This document shows positions 48,313 through 58,823 of a stretch of 64,000 nucleotides of DNA, piece after piece. Position numbers and translations under genes: made by a program. This DNA is from an uncultured Acidimicrobiales bacterium (GTDB lineage Bacteria; Actinomycetota; Acidimicrobiia; Acidimicrobiales; SHLQ01), in NCBI GenBank assembly GCA_938041035.1, contig CALHYX010000050.1, positions 5,512-69,511 of the forward strand, in the 5' to 3' direction. How positions within the stretch are numbered: position 1 is the stretch's first letter; each line of letters starts with the position of its first letter. A model generated the notes under the pieces. The model did not search any database, had not been told where the DNA came from, and saw nothing but the letters and a program-made list of their open reading frames with translations.

Positions 48313-48505
48313 GGGGTCAGACCCCACGAGTTCGGCGCGTCCGTCGGCGCCACGAGCGATCACCGTAGCCGCGGCCGCCAACGGGTGACAGATTGCCACG
48401 CCCGCCGCTGCGCTCCCGTTCCCGGGGCGTTCCCGGGGTCTGACCCCTCTATGTTCATTTGTGCGTGACCCGGGGTCTGACCCCCGCCTATGCTCATTTG
48501 AGCAT
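48313..48505. repeat. Intergenic cluster of repeats. It contains three GGGGTC(A/T)GACCCC palindromes (48313-48325, 48435-48447, 48472-48484), a tandem CGTTCCCGGGG x2 (48417-48438) and the 16-bp palindrome ATGCTCATTTGAGCAT (48490-48505).
   Basis: Read directly from the sequence. It lies in the 232-bp gap upstream of the acyl-CoA ligase gene. Confidence 0.5.
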
Positions 48506-48526
48506 TGCGGGCCGGCAGGTCGCCGG

Positions 48527-49408
48527 TCAGCTGGCGCGGGGAACGAACGGCTCGGGTTCGCCGGCCGAGGGCAGCGGATACCGGCGACGCACGAGGTCGG
48601 GCATCGCTTCACCGATCAGACCGGCGAGCATGGCGATCTCGGGCATCTCATTGGCCGGTCGAAGGTTGCCCCACACCAGCACGTGGGAGCCAAAGGTCTC
48701 GAGGCCGAGGTTGCCCTCGCCGCGCAGCAACAAATCGATGATGCGGGCGTCGAGAAACAGGTTGGGGAAGTCCTCGTCGGCGCACTCGATTCGGAAGGAC
48801 CGGTTGAACTCCTCGGACTCAAAGTCGATGTCGGAGCCGGTGATCCGGGTGACCAGCTTGGACATGTTGCCCTCCGGGGTCACGGTCAACGCCGGGAGCC
48901 AGGCCCCCACCTCGACCAGCGCGCCGGTACGCACCACTCCCTCGGATACCCACTCGGTGTTGGTCCTCCGGCCCACCCCCAGGGCGAGCATGACACTGCC
49001 CCCACCCACCGGAGAGCGTTTCGCTCGGCGGCGCCGGCGCTTGCCGTCGTTGCTGTGGATGATCTCGTACTCGTACTGGCCACAAAAGTCGTAGGCGACG
49101 ATAGGGGTACCCCGCGGGGTGCGACCGGACATCTGATTGCTGATCGACATGCGCTCCGCGCCGCCGTAGCTGGCAAAGCGGATCTTCCCCACGCCCTTGG
49201 CATCGTTGTTGTGATAGGTCAACCCGGCGCGATCCGCCGCATGTCGGGCCGCCCGGGCGCGGCCGCTGAACGTGTTGTACATCCACATGAGGAGGAGCAC
49301 GCCCACCACGGTGAAGACCACCACGCCGACCGTCATCCAGATCGTCGGCTCGAACGGCGCGTCGCGTCGTTGCGCTTCCAGTTGGGCGAACAGCCCGTAC
49401 CACGTCAT
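48527..49408 (-). CDS. Hypothetical membrane-anchored protein
   Basis: ATG 49408 (MTWYGLFAQ...). Has one TM segment (IWMTVGVVVFTVVGVLLLMWM) and a basic KRRRRRAKR patch. Confidence 0.6.
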   Translation of the reverse strand: MTWYGLFAQLEAQRRDAPFEPTIWMTVGVVVFTVVGVLLLMWMYNTFSGRARAARHAADRAGLTYHNNDAKGVGKIRFASYGGAERMSISNQMSGRTPRGTPIVAYDFCGQYEYEIIHSNDGKRRRRRAKRSPVGGGSVMLALGVGRRTNTEWVSEGVVRTGALVEVGAWLPALTVTPEGNMSKLVTRITGSDIDFESEEFNRSFRIECADEDFPNLFLDARIIDLLLRGEGNLGLETFGSHVLVWGNLRPANEMPEIAMLAGLIGEAMPDLVRRRYPLPSAGEPEPFVPRAS

Positions 49409-49458
49409 ACCGCGGTATCGACGGTTTGGAGCGCCCGCCTTAGCAGCGCGCGGAACCC

Positions 49459-50289
49459 CTAGTAGCCCTTGAACTCCGGAGCCCGCCGCTCGCGAAAGCT
49501 GGCGATGCCCTCGGCCACATCCATGGTGTGATTGTTGAGCTCGACCGCCCACGACTCTTCTTCAGCCATGGTGTGGCGGTCGACCTCAAAGGACCGATTC
49601 AACATCCACTTGGTGAGCATCAGCGCCTTGGTTGGACCCGAGGCCAGTTTCTCGGCCCACTCGGTGGCGGCGGCGACCAGTTCATCGGCCGGCACAATCT
49701 TGTTGCATAGCCCCAGTTCGAGTGCCTGCGCCGCCGGAATGTCCTCGGCGAAGAACATCAGTTCCTTGGCCTTTTGCAGTCCGACCAACCGGGGCAGGAT
49801 CCATGCGCCCAGCGCGTCGGGCACGAGGCCTCGCCGGGTGAAGATCTCGATCAGCTTGGCGTTGTCGGCCATGATCACGAGGTCGCACAAAAGCGCGAGG
49901 TGCGCCCCCATGCCCGCGGCGGTTCCGTTCACGGCCGCGATGATGGGCAGTTCGGAATCGAGAATCGCCGGCATGAGCGTGTGCTGACCCCGCAGCATCA
50001 TCCGGCGCGGCTCACCGACCGACGACGCCGGTGCGTCGTCGGGCCGATCGACCTGGTCCCGGTCGAAGGAGATGTCCGCACCGGGACAAAAGAGCTTCTC
50101 GCCCGTCGCCGTGATCACGATGGCGCGGGCTTCGAAGGTTCCGTTGAGCCCCTCGACGAGATCGCGTATCCGGTTCCGGTTCTCCGGGGTAAGCGCATTT
50201 CCCTTCTCCGGGCGGTCGATCGTGATCCAGGCCACCTGATTGCGGATCTCGAAGCGAATCTGTTCGTCTTGGGGTCGCTCTTCGGTCAT
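49459..50289 (-). CDS. Enoyl-CoA hydratase/isomerase family protein
   Basis: ATG 50289. Has the crotonase motifs FCPGADI and AAVNGTAAGMGAHLALLCD. Confidence 0.88.
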   Translation of the reverse strand: MTEERPQDEQIRFEIRNQVAWITIDRPEKGNALTPENRNRIRDLVEGLNGTFEARAIVITATGEKLFCPGADISFDRDQVDRPDDAPASSVGEPRRMMLRGQHTLMPAILDSELPIIAAVNGTAAGMGAHLALLCDLVIMADNAKLIEIFTRRGLVPDALGAWILPRLVGLQKAKELMFFAEDIPAAQALELGLCNKIVPADELVAAATEWAEKLASGPTKALMLTKWMLNRSFEVDRHTMAEEESWAVELNNHTMDVAEGIASFRERRAPEFKGY

Positions 50290-50297
50290 GGGCGCAA

Positions 50298-50675
<378 letters not shown>

Positions 50676-50731
50676 TCAGATGTGGGCGTAACCCTACCCT
50701 CGCCCGGCGGGTGGACCGCCAGTGCCCGGCG

Positions 50732-51280
50732 TCAGCCGAGACAGCGATCGACGGCGTCGAGGGGCGCCGCGAGTTCAGCCGGCACTTCCTCGCCCCCCTG
50801 CCCGGTGCGCCACAACCACAGGTCGCGCGCCCCGTCGGCTCCAAGCCCTCGTTCGACGCAGTTCCGCACCGCTTCGCCGCGGTTCACCGTAAGGCCATCC
50901 ACCGCCGCCTCGAGTAGATCAACGCACGCCTCGAATCCCGACACGATGCTCTCGACTTCGGCCTCGGTGAACGGCACCGAAGACGGTTCGAAGCCAAGGA
51001 TCTGGACCGATTCAACGCTGATTCCCAACTCGGCCATGCGGGCGGCCGGCACCTCGAGGAGGATCTCCCGGGCGATACAGACGGCATCGTCCTCGGGGAA
51101 CGCCACCGGAGGGTCACCTGGTTCGTTGGTGGAAAGGTCGACCGAGATTGCCGCCGCGAGGCGCCGGTCCTGGTCGTTGAGCTCGCGGCTCGGACGCCCG
51201 GACACGTACGACGCGATCGCGAACGCGGCGACGACCACCAGCACGGCGATCGCCAGGTTGCGCAGGCCTCCGGAAGTCAC
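50732..51280 (-). CDS. Hypothetical membrane-anchored acidic protein
   Basis: GTG 51280. Has an N-terminal TM segment (LAIAVLVVVAAFAIASYV). No recognised domain. Confidence 0.5.
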   Translation of the reverse strand: MTSGGLRNLAIAVLVVVAAFAIASYVSGRPSRELNDQDRRLAAAISVDLSTNEPGDPPVAFPEDDAVCIAREILLEVPAARMAELGISVESVQILGFEPSSVPFTEAEVESIVSGFEACVDLLEAAVDGLTVNRGEAVRNCVERGLGADGARDLWLWRTGQGGEEVPAELAAPLDAVDRCLG

Positions 51281-51402
51281 CGCACCACGCTACTGGCGTG
51301 CCGCCCCAACCCAGCCGGACCGGCCCGGGATTCAGCGGTCGGATCGGCGTGACCGATGACCCCCAAAAGAGGGGTTTACTCCGGCGCAGAAGCAGCGATC
51401 AT

Positions 51403-52128
51403 ATGGGCATGCAACGGTTCCTCCGAACGGCCCTTCGCCGTCCCACCTTCACCCGCCAGGGCGCCCTCAGTCGCGCTCGCCGCCTGCAGCCCGAACGCGC
51501 CCTCACCCCCCTTCGCAAAGTCACGATGTTGTTCGTCGGCTCCGGCCTGATCGGCATCGGCGTGACCCTGTTCCGGCGCGCCGACCTCGGGTTACCGCCG
51601 TTCGACGTGTTCTTGTCCGCCGTATCGGAGATCGCCAACGTCAGCCACGGACAAGCCAGCTGGGTCATCGGTGCGGTCCTGTTCGCCATCGCCGCGGCGG
51701 TGGGTCAGCGACCATCGCTGTACGGCGTGGGCTACGTGGTGCTGAACGGCGTCATGATCGACGCGATCGACCACCTGATCGGGGCCCCCGAAAGCCTGGG
51801 CGGCCGGCTGGCGTTCGTCCTCGCCGGGACCGCCACCATCGCCACGGCGGTATCGATCGTCGCCCACAGCACGTCGACCGGCGGCGCGTTCGAGCTGCTC
51901 ACACGGGCCGCGGAGCTCCGCGGCATCCAACCGGCGAGATTTCGCACCGGTCTGGAGGTAGTGATCTTCCTCAGCGGTGTTGCCCTCGGGGGCGTGTTCG
52001 GGGTGGCGACCGTGGTGTTCGCGCTCGGCATCGGTGTCCTGATCAACGCCACCGCCCAAGGGCTCGCCGATCACCGGGCCGGCCGCCAGGAACGCCTCGC
52101 GCAACGCCAACCCGTCAAGGCCGCCTAG
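51403..52128 (+). CDS. Integral membrane protein (YczE/YitT-like, uncertain)
   Basis: Multiple predicted TM segments. The start is ATG 51403 or ATG 51409. Confidence 0.55.
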   Translation: MGMQRFLRTALRRPTFTRQGALSRARRLQPERALTPLRKVTMLFVGSGLIGIGVTLFRRADLGLPPFDVFLSAVSEIANVSHGQASWVIGAVLFAIAAAVGQRPSLYGVGYVVLNGVMIDAIDHLIGAPESLGGRLAFVLAGTATIATAVSIVAHSTSTGGAFELLTRAAELRGIQPARFRTGLEVVIFLSGVALGGVFGVATVVFALGIGVLINATAQGLADHRAGRQERLAQRQPVKAA

Positions 52129-52183
52129 CCCGGGACCTCCGCAGAGCCGAGCGGGGCCCACGCGGCGTCCGTGGTCACTACCG

Positions 52184-53413
52184 CTAGGTCGGGATGTCCC
52201 GAAAGGGAATGCCCTTGTCGAGTCGGGGCTCGGGCGGCAATCCCAGGACGTTGTCGCCGATGATGTTGCGTTGCACCGCGTCGGTGCCACCACCGATCCG
52301 AGCCATCCATTGGCCGAGGAACGCGAAGTTCTGCCAGAACCCGCCCGATACCGCATCGTGACCGGCGAGCGTGGCGCCAGGGCCGAGGATCGCCATGGCG
52401 ATGTTGCCCATCGCCTCGAGCCGTCGTGATGACGCCAACTTGAGCACCGAGCTCTCGGGCCCCGGGAGCTCGCCGCGCGACGCGGCGGTGTGCACGCGGT
52501 AACCGAGAAAGCGCATCGTTTCGGTGTAGCCGTGCAACCGCATGAGATCCTGGCGGATCGTGGGGTCGTCGAGGACACCCCGACCGCGAGCGAGTTCGAT
52601 CAGGTCGGGTACCCCGACCGACGAGGCGCCTCCGATGCCGGTTCGCTCGCTCATCAGCGTGCTGAGGATCGGACCCCAGCCCCCGTTGATGGATCCCAGC
52701 ACGTTGGCCACGGGTACCCGCACGTCGGTGAGGAACACCTCGTTGAAGTGGGCGGCACCGGTGATCTGCACGAGCGGGCGGATCTCGATTCCAGGCGTGC
52801 GCATATCCAGCAGCAGGTAGGTGATACCACGGTGCTTGGGAACATCGATGTCGGTGCGGACCAGCAACATGCCCCAGTCGGCCTCGCGGGCGTTGGAGGT
52901 CCAGACCTTCTGACCGTTGACGACGATCTCGTCGCCGTCGACGATGGCGCTGGTGCGAAGACCCGCCAGGTCAGAACCGGCGCCGGGTTCGGAAAACAGC
53001 TGGCACCACAGGTGCTCCCCGGTGAGCATCGGTTCGAGCAGGTCGGCCTTTTGCTGGTCGGTTCCGTGCTCGATGATGGTGGGCCCGGCCATTCCTATCG
53101 ACTGGGCGAAGTGCCCGAAGGGGACCTCGAATCGGCGTTCTTCCTCGGCGAAGACCCGCGCCATGAGCGCCGGAAGCCCGCGTCCGCCGTACTCGACCGG
53201 CCACGTCAGCCCGGCCCAGCCGGCATCGAACTTGGTCCGCTGCCAGCGCTTGCATTCTTCGATCTTGGCGTCCTCTTCGGCGGTGGTCGCGGGCCGGGCG
53301 AAGGGACTGTCGGCCAACGTCTCGTGTCCGACCCTGGGACGCGCGTGCGCCTCGAGAAAGGCCCGGCATTCCCGCCGAAACGCCGCTTCCTCGGGGCTGT
53401 CGTCGAAGTCCAT
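52184..53413 (-). CDS. Acyl-CoA dehydrogenase
   Basis: 409 aa with ACAD N-terminal, middle and C-terminal domain features (WCQLFSEPGAGSDLA, GGGTDAVQRNIIG). Confidence 0.9.
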   Translation of the reverse strand: MDFDDSPEEAAFRRECRAFLEAHARPRVGHETLADSPFARPATTAEEDAKIEECKRWQRTKFDAGWAGLTWPVEYGGRGLPALMARVFAEEERRFEVPFGHFAQSIGMAGPTIIEHGTDQQKADLLEPMLTGEHLWCQLFSEPGAGSDLAGLRTSAIVDGDEIVVNGQKVWTSNAREADWGMLLVRTDIDVPKHRGITYLLLDMRTPGIEIRPLVQITGAAHFNEVFLTDVRVPVANVLGSINGGWGPILSTLMSERTGIGGASSVGVPDLIELARGRGVLDDPTIRQDLMRLHGYTETMRFLGYRVHTAASRGELPGPESSVLKLASSRRLEAMGNIAMAILGPGATLAGHDAVSGGFWQNFAFLGQWMARIGGGTDAVQRNIIGDNVLGLPPEPRLDKGIPFRDIPT

Positions 53414-53424
53414 CTCTGCGGCCG

Positions 53425-54354
53425 CTACTGGGCGCCGAAGACAGGCGCCGGCTCCGGGGCGGCGGCGATGGATTCATGGACCAGCGCTCCGGCCTCGGTG
53501 ACCGTCATGCGCCGGTCCCCCACCGTGGCCACCGGGCCGTGTTGCCAGCCGTCGCACACGTTGAGCTGCCCGCCGGTCGATTCGAATACCCGCCCGGTGA
53601 CGTCGCAGTGGGCCGAACCCAACCACACCATGAGCGGCGACACGTTGGCCGGGTCCTTCTCGTCCCACCCAGCCGGCGCGTCCTCGTCGTAGAAGATGCC
53701 AGCCGTCATACGGGTGCGGGCGTCGGGAGCCACCGCGTTGCACGCGACGCCGTAGCGGCCCCACTCCGCAGCCTGTTGAATCGTCAGCTGGGCGATAGCA
53801 GCCTTCGCCGCCGCATAATTTCCCTGCCCGATCGAGCCCATCAGGCCGGCTCCCGAGCTGGTGTTGACCACCCGTGCGACCACCGGGTCGCCGGCCTTGG
53901 CTCGATCGCGCCAATAGGTGATGGCGTGGCGAGCTGGGGCGAAGTGCCCCTTGAGGTGCACTCGGGTGACCGAGTCCCATTCTTCCTCGCTCATGCCCGC
54001 GAGCATGCGGTCGCGCAGGAAGCCGGCGTTGCACACCAGGGTGTCGAGCGAGCCGAAGGTGTCGATGGCCTGCTGGATCATGGCACCAGCCTGGTCCCAG
54101 TCGGCCACGTCGGCACCGTTGGCCACCGCCTGGCCACCCATGGCTTCGATCTCGGCCACCACGGCGGCGGCCGGCCCATCGCTGTCGGCCTCGCCGTCGC
54201 GGGAGACCCCGAGGTCATTCACCACGACCTTGGCGCCGGCAGCGGCGAACGCGAGAGCGTGGGCGCGGCCGAGACCACGGCCGGCACCGGTGACGATCAC
54301 GACCCGGTCGGCGCAGTCGACCTCTGCCGATACCTCATCTTGTCCAGCCGACAC
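53425..54354 (-). CDS. SDR family oxidoreductase (hydroxyacyl-CoA dehydrogenase-like, with a C-terminal extension)
   Basis: GTG 54354 is preceded by GGGAGGAA. Has the motifs TGAGRGLG, NAG and YAAAKAA. Confidence 0.85.
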   Translation of the reverse strand: MSAGQDEVSAEVDCADRVVIVTGAGRGLGRAHALAFAAAGAKVVVNDLGVSRDGEADSDGPAAAVVAEIEAMGGQAVANGADVADWDQAGAMIQQAIDTFGSLDTLVCNAGFLRDRMLAGMSEEEWDSVTRVHLKGHFAPARHAITYWRDRAKAGDPVVARVVNTSSGAGLMGSIGQGNYAAAKAAIAQLTIQQAAEWGRYGVACNAVAPDARTRMTAGIFYDEDAPAGWDEKDPANVSPLMVWLGSAHCDVTGRVFESTGGQLNVCDGWQHGPVATVGDRRMTVTEAGALVHESIAAAPEPAPVFGAQ

Positions 54355-54467
54355 AGCGTTCCTCCCGTGGTCCTGCCGGCGACGCCGGCGAGCGCACCCG
54401 CCGATGGGTGTGCGCGTAGCAGCACAGCACATTCAGCGGGCCGGGATCACATCGAGAGCAGGCTGGG

Positions 54468-55397
54468 TCAGCCGGCGCGACCGGTCAACGGAGATCCATC
54501 GCGGGACACGATGCTGCAGAGCACGTTGGTTTCGCCGGCTTCCCATTCCGCCCGGGTCGGCACGCTGGTGCCGATCGAGAAGTCGGAGAGATCGGCTACC
54601 TGGCCGAACATGGACCGGGCACAGGTCACCCGGGCCGACTCGCGCAGGTCGGCGAGGGCCGGGTAGTCGTTCTCGAGAATGGGCAACGCGACGGTCACCG
54701 TCGCCTCGGCCTGATGTGCTCCAGCGCAGGAAACCACCTCGATCGAGGCCAGCCACAGACCATCGTCGTCGGCGTTGAAACAGTCGCCGATGGCGAGTTC
54801 CGGGGCCGCATCGAACGGTCCGCTGTCGCCCGCCCGTTCCGGACCAAGCGTTCGCCAGGCGATGAAGGCCAGGCCGATGAGGCTGGCGGCGAAGAAGTAC
54901 TTGACCCACTTGGGGACAAAGAGATCGATGTCGGCCTTGACCGGCCCGCTCGACCGGACCTGATCGGCGGCCACGACGGTTGGTCCGCGCCTCCGGGAGC
55001 GGCCCAGCAGGCCGTTGGCCTTCTCGGCGGCCGCGGCTTCCTCGGCGCCGAGCGTTTCGCCGATCGGACGGAGATCGGCATCGGCGTCGGTGATTACGGC
55101 GGCGTCGAGGTCTCCCTCCGCGTCGTGCGTCACCGGCGAGATGAAGGGCCCGGGGGCCGAGTCTTCGAGCGGCTGGTCATCGGGTTGGGCGAGCACGTCC
55201 TCCGGGTCGAGGGTTCCGGACTTCAGGCCCCGCAGCAGAGCGACGTCGCCGGGAGCAACGCTGGAGTCCTCTCCGACCTCGATGTCGAACAGTTCGCACA
55301 GGTTGCCGGTTTCGGCCAGGCTGAGTCCAAGTTCGGCGGCCAGGTCGACCACTCGCACACGGGTGGCTCCGGCAGGAATCGAGGAACTATCGGGCAT
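54468..55397 (-). CDS. Membrane protein with an IF2_N-like N-terminus and a Cys-containing C-terminal ectodomain (septum-formation-family-like)
   Basis: The N-terminus (VRVVDLAAELGLSLAETGNLCELFDIEV) resembles the IF-2 N-terminal motif. There is a central TM segment (VKYFFAASLIGLAFIAW). The C-terminus contains GDCF...VSCAGAHQAE...TCA...LCS. Confidence 0.55.
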   Translation of the reverse strand: MPDSSSIPAGATRVRVVDLAAELGLSLAETGNLCELFDIEVGEDSSVAPGDVALLRGLKSGTLDPEDVLAQPDDQPLEDSAPGPFISPVTHDAEGDLDAAVITDADADLRPIGETLGAEEAAAAEKANGLLGRSRRRGPTVVAADQVRSSGPVKADIDLFVPKWVKYFFAASLIGLAFIAWRTLGPERAGDSGPFDAAPELAIGDCFNADDDGLWLASIEVVSCAGAHQAEATVTVALPILENDYPALADLRESARVTCARSMFGQVADLSDFSIGTSVPTRAEWEAGETNVLCSIVSRDGSPLTGRAG

Positions 55398-55505
55398 GCC
55401 TAACCATCGGCATTCTGCCCGTGTGGTTGACCCAAAATCCGGACAGCGTTCGAACTTTCGCCGTCACCGTCGGGAAACCCAACGTTGGCCGTCCGCAGCG
55501 TTTGG

Positions 55506-56558
55506 CTAGCGGTCGCCCGAGTGCAGCGCGGCGAGCATGGGGCGGCCATCGAAGGAGGCGCTGCCGAACAGCGATTCCGCCGACCACGAGACCCGAAGCT
55601 CGATCGGCCCCTCCGGCGGAAGCGGCCACACCCACCAGTCCGAGGTGACGAGCCGGTGCTCGCTGCGGCGGCGATCGTTCATATCCACGATCTCGGTTCG
55701 GGTCCCGACGGAGACGAGCACCGGACGGTCGGGGCGATCCTGGGTCCAGCGGGGCCAGATCGAACGGTTGCTGACGAAGGTTCCGTCGCTGAAGTGGAGT
55801 TCGAGGCTGAACAGCTCAGGTCCATCGACCAACTCGGGGGCCTGTCCCGGTACGAGCACCTCGACCGGTTGCAGCACCGGCGGAAGCAGCCACGGCCGCA
55901 GCGACTCGATGGTGACCGTGAGCCCGAAGCCTTCCGGGGTGACCGCGACGGTTGGCAGTCGAGCGACCGCCGATTCCGAGGCGGCCAGCTGCACGGCACC
56001 GCCCTGATCCGGAAAGTTCAGGGTCTCGAGCGTTTCGCCGGGCCGGGGCCCCCACCAGGGGCGATGATCGGCGGTACGGCGGTCGAGCGTCTCGAGCAGC
56101 TCGTCGAGCTCCTCTTTGGTCATGTGGCGGGTGCCGTAGGCGACGAGACGCCGCATTTCGGTGGGGCGCACCCCGAGTTCGCGAAGTACCTGACAGGCCC
56201 CGGAGCTCTCGTCCTCGAGCAGCCCGTGCAGGATCTCGAAGACACCGGTGGATCCCTCGGCGTCGTCGGCGCGCGGCGTGCGAAGCGCTCGGTTGGCCCG
56301 GTCGGTCAGCGGCGTCGGGCCGACCCCATCGTGCTCGAGCGAGAACCGGTGGGCGCGAAGGACATGGATGCCGCGTTCGATCCGCAGCGCATCGAGCGCA
56401 AAGAGGTCGGCCAACTCGGCCGTGTCGCCGGTGGCGGTGGCCATGATGCCGTACAACAAGTACTCGGTACCGCATTGATCGTCACCGATCGCTCCGGCTG
56501 TTTCCAATGCGACGGTCAGCGCCGATTGCGCTGCGTCATCAAGATTTCGGTCCTGCAC
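55506..56558 (-). CDS. Clp_N (Clp R) domain-containing protein with an unknown C-terminal domain
   Basis: GTG 56558 is preceded by GGAGGA. The N-terminal ~150 aa resemble the double Clp_N repeat (TEYLLYGIM..., VFEILHGLLED...). Confidence 0.6.
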   Translation of the reverse strand: MQDRNLDDAAQSALTVALETAGAIGDDQCGTEYLLYGIMATATGDTAELADLFALDALRIERGIHVLRAHRFSLEHDGVGPTPLTDRANRALRTPRADDAEGSTGVFEILHGLLEDESSGACQVLRELGVRPTEMRRLVAYGTRHMTKEELDELLETLDRRTADHRPWWGPRPGETLETLNFPDQGGAVQLAASESAVARLPTVAVTPEGFGLTVTIESLRPWLLPPVLQPVEVLVPGQAPELVDGPELFSLELHFSDGTFVSNRSIWPRWTQDRPDRPVLVSVGTRTEIVDMNDRRRSEHRLVTSDWWVWPLPPEGPIELRVSWSAESLFGSASFDGRPMLAALHSGDR

Positions 56559-56672
56559 GAATCCTCCGCGGGGAAGCCCTCCCTCGTAACTGTAAATCGG
56601 CGGGTCGAGCCCGCTCCTGAGGCGTACGGACCAAATCTCGGGCTTGGAGCGGCTAATCCTGCTCGTTTTCGG

Positions 56673-57521
56673 TCACGGGCGACCGGCGTGCGCCGCGTCG
56701 ACGGTGGTGGTGTAAATGACACCGGCCCCCGAGCCGCGGGCCTCGTCCGGGGACGCGCTCGCCGCGGTGAGGATGTACAGGGTGCGGCCGTCCGGGCCGC
56801 CCAGAGTGCAGGCATAGGTGGGGAGCGGCGTGTCGATCGTGTCGGTGACCTCGCCACCTTCGAGCACGCGGAGAACCCGGTTTCCCCTCGCGTCGGAGAA
56901 CCAGATGCCGCCGTCGGCGTCGAGCACACAGCCGTCGGGTGCGGTGTCGGGGACCGACGCCCAGATCCGCCGGTCGCTGAGGGTGCCGTCGGCCGCGATC
57001 GTGAACGCCGTGTACTGGGCACCGAAGGTCTCGCCCACGATGAGCGTGGACCCGTCGGGGGTGATGACCGAACCGTTCGGAAAGGCGAGGTCGGTGGCCG
57101 CGGTTTCGACCGTCCCGTCCGGGCGCACGAGGGCGAGAGCAGCGCCGGTGAAGGCGTCGAGTCCCCCCTTGTCGAGGTCGAAACCGAAATTGCCGACGTA
57201 GGCGTTGCCGTTGGCAGCGACGACCATGTCGTTGCAGTACCACGTGGCGACGCCGCTGAGGTCGGCGTGCTCGACCAGGCCATCGCCGCCCAGCCGGAGG
57301 ACCTTCCGGTTGGTCATCGACACGATCAGCATCTGGCCGTCGGGCAGCCATCCCAGCCCGGAGGGGCGTTCGGCGACCTCGGCCACCGCGACACGCTCGC
57401 CGGCCTCGTTCACCCGATAGACGCAGCCCTGATAGAAGTCGGAGTACCAGAACGAACCGTCGTGCCACCGCGGGCCTTCACCGAAGTCGACATCGGTGAC
57501 GAAGGGTTGGAGGTCGTGCAT
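56673..57521 (-). CDS. SMP-30/gluconolactonase/LRE family beta-propeller protein
   Basis: 282 aa. The sequence reads EGPRWHDGSFWYSD... and includes repeated propeller blades with PNG and PDG motifs. Confidence 0.85.
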   Translation of the reverse strand: MHDLQPFVTDVDFGEGPRWHDGSFWYSDFYQGCVYRVNEAGERVAVAEVAERPSGLGWLPDGQMLIVSMTNRKVLRLGGDGLVEHADLSGVATWYCNDMVVAANGNAYVGNFGFDLDKGGLDAFTGAALALVRPDGTVETAATDLAFPNGSVITPDGSTLIVGETFGAQYTAFTIAADGTLSDRRIWASVPDTAPDGCVLDADGGIWFSDARGNRVLRVLEGGEVTDTIDTPLPTYACTLGGPDGRTLYILTAASASPDEARGSGAGVIYTTTVDAAHAGRP

Positions 57522-57527
57522 TGGGGT

Positions 57528-58694
57528 CTACTTCCCGTCGATGATCGCGGTCACGGCGTCGATGAGGCCGGCGGTCCGGGGGTCGCCCCCCAGCCCACCG
57601 CCCATCTGATTCATGACGTAGCCAAAGGCCAGGCCCCGCCCGGGGTCGGCGAAGCCAACCGAGCCCCCGGCACCGTAGTGCCCAAAGGCGTTGGCTCCGG
57701 GCAGGACGAACAACTCCGAGTTGAGGCCGAAGCCAAAACCGAATGCGGATTCCAGTACGAGAGAGGCATCGGAACCGCGGCTGCGTTCGGTTCGCACGAA
57801 GTCGACGCTGTACTCATCGAGGAGGCGGACGCCGTCGACCTCACCGATCATCGCGGCGTACATGCGGGCGAGCGATGCGGCGTTGGTGATGCCGTTGGCG
57901 GCGGGCATTTCCGTGGCGTGGATCTCGCGGGTGTTGAACACGCCGTCCGTTGCGGCGAGCACACCGTTCATGAACAGCGCCCGGAAACCGAGCGTGCCGG
58001 GGCCGGCGATCTGGAGCATGAGCTCGATCTCCTCGGCGGTGGTCGGCGGCTCGGCGGCGATGAGCGGGGCGACCCTGCTCTCGGCTTCTTCGGGCAGGCC
58101 GATCCAGAAGTCGAGCCCGAGCGGTTCGGCGACCTCGCGAGCAAAGAAGGCACCGAGCGAGACGCCCGCGACGCGGCGGACGATCTCGCCGACGAGCCAG
58201 CCGTAGGTCACCGCGTGATAACCGTGTTTGCTTCCCGGTTCCCACAAGGGGGCCTGGGCGGCGAGCGCCTCGACGATCGGGGTGACCTCGCAGAGTTGTT
58301 CGATGCTGAGCTCGGCGTCGACCGCGGGCAGTCCGGCCCGGTGACTGAGGACGTCGCCGACGGTGATCCCGCCCTTGTCCTCGGCGGCGAACTCCGGCCA
58401 GTAGGTGGCTACTCGCGCCTCCGGGTCGAGCTGCCCGGACTCCACCAGCATCGCGGCGCACAGCGCCGCTGCACCCTTGGTCGTCGAGAACACCAGCTGG
58501 AGGGTCTCGGCGTCGTAGGGAACGCCGGGTGCGGCCTCGCCCCCGCGGAGGTCGACCACCTTTTCCCCTTGCACGTACACCGCGCAGGCGGCACCGACGT
58601 CGCCGTGTTCGGCAAAGTTGCGCTCGAATGCGTCCCGAACGGTCTCGTACCCCGGTGCGACCTCACCGTTGATCTGCGCTGTACTTTCGGCCAT
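57528..58694 (-). CDS. Serine hydrolase (beta-lactamase / EstB-type esterase family)
   Basis: ATG 58694 is preceded by AGGGGA. Has the SxxK motif FSTTKGAAAL and a later YH motif. Confidence 0.85.
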   Translation of the reverse strand: MAESTAQINGEVAPGYETVRDAFERNFAEHGDVGAACAVYVQGEKVVDLRGGEAAPGVPYDAETLQLVFSTTKGAAALCAAMLVESGQLDPEARVATYWPEFAAEDKGGITVGDVLSHRAGLPAVDAELSIEQLCEVTPIVEALAAQAPLWEPGSKHGYHAVTYGWLVGEIVRRVAGVSLGAFFAREVAEPLGLDFWIGLPEEAESRVAPLIAAEPPTTAEEIELMLQIAGPGTLGFRALFMNGVLAATDGVFNTREIHATEMPAANGITNAASLARMYAAMIGEVDGVRLLDEYSVDFVRTERSRGSDASLVLESAFGFGFGLNSELFVLPGANAFGHYGAGGSVGFADPGRGLAFGYVMNQMGGGLGGDPRTAGLIDAVTAIIDGK

Positions 58695-58823
58695 CTCATC
58701 CCCTGTTGACATCTGGCGCCGACCGTAGCGCTTCCGCGCCTCATCGGGACAAGCGCCGCAAGGCCGTCGATCGACCGGGCAGACCTCTGACCGGGGCGGT
58801 ACCCTCGGGCGCCAGGGGGCACC

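Noticed and set aside
55485-58709. 1074-aa plus-strand ORF, the longest in the window
   Set aside because: It is antisense to three well-supported minus-strand genes (Clp_N protein, SMP-30 lactonase, serine hydrolase). Its composition is dominated by R/G/A/V/D with no recognisable motif. This is a typical stop-codon-poor antisense frame in high-GC DNA.
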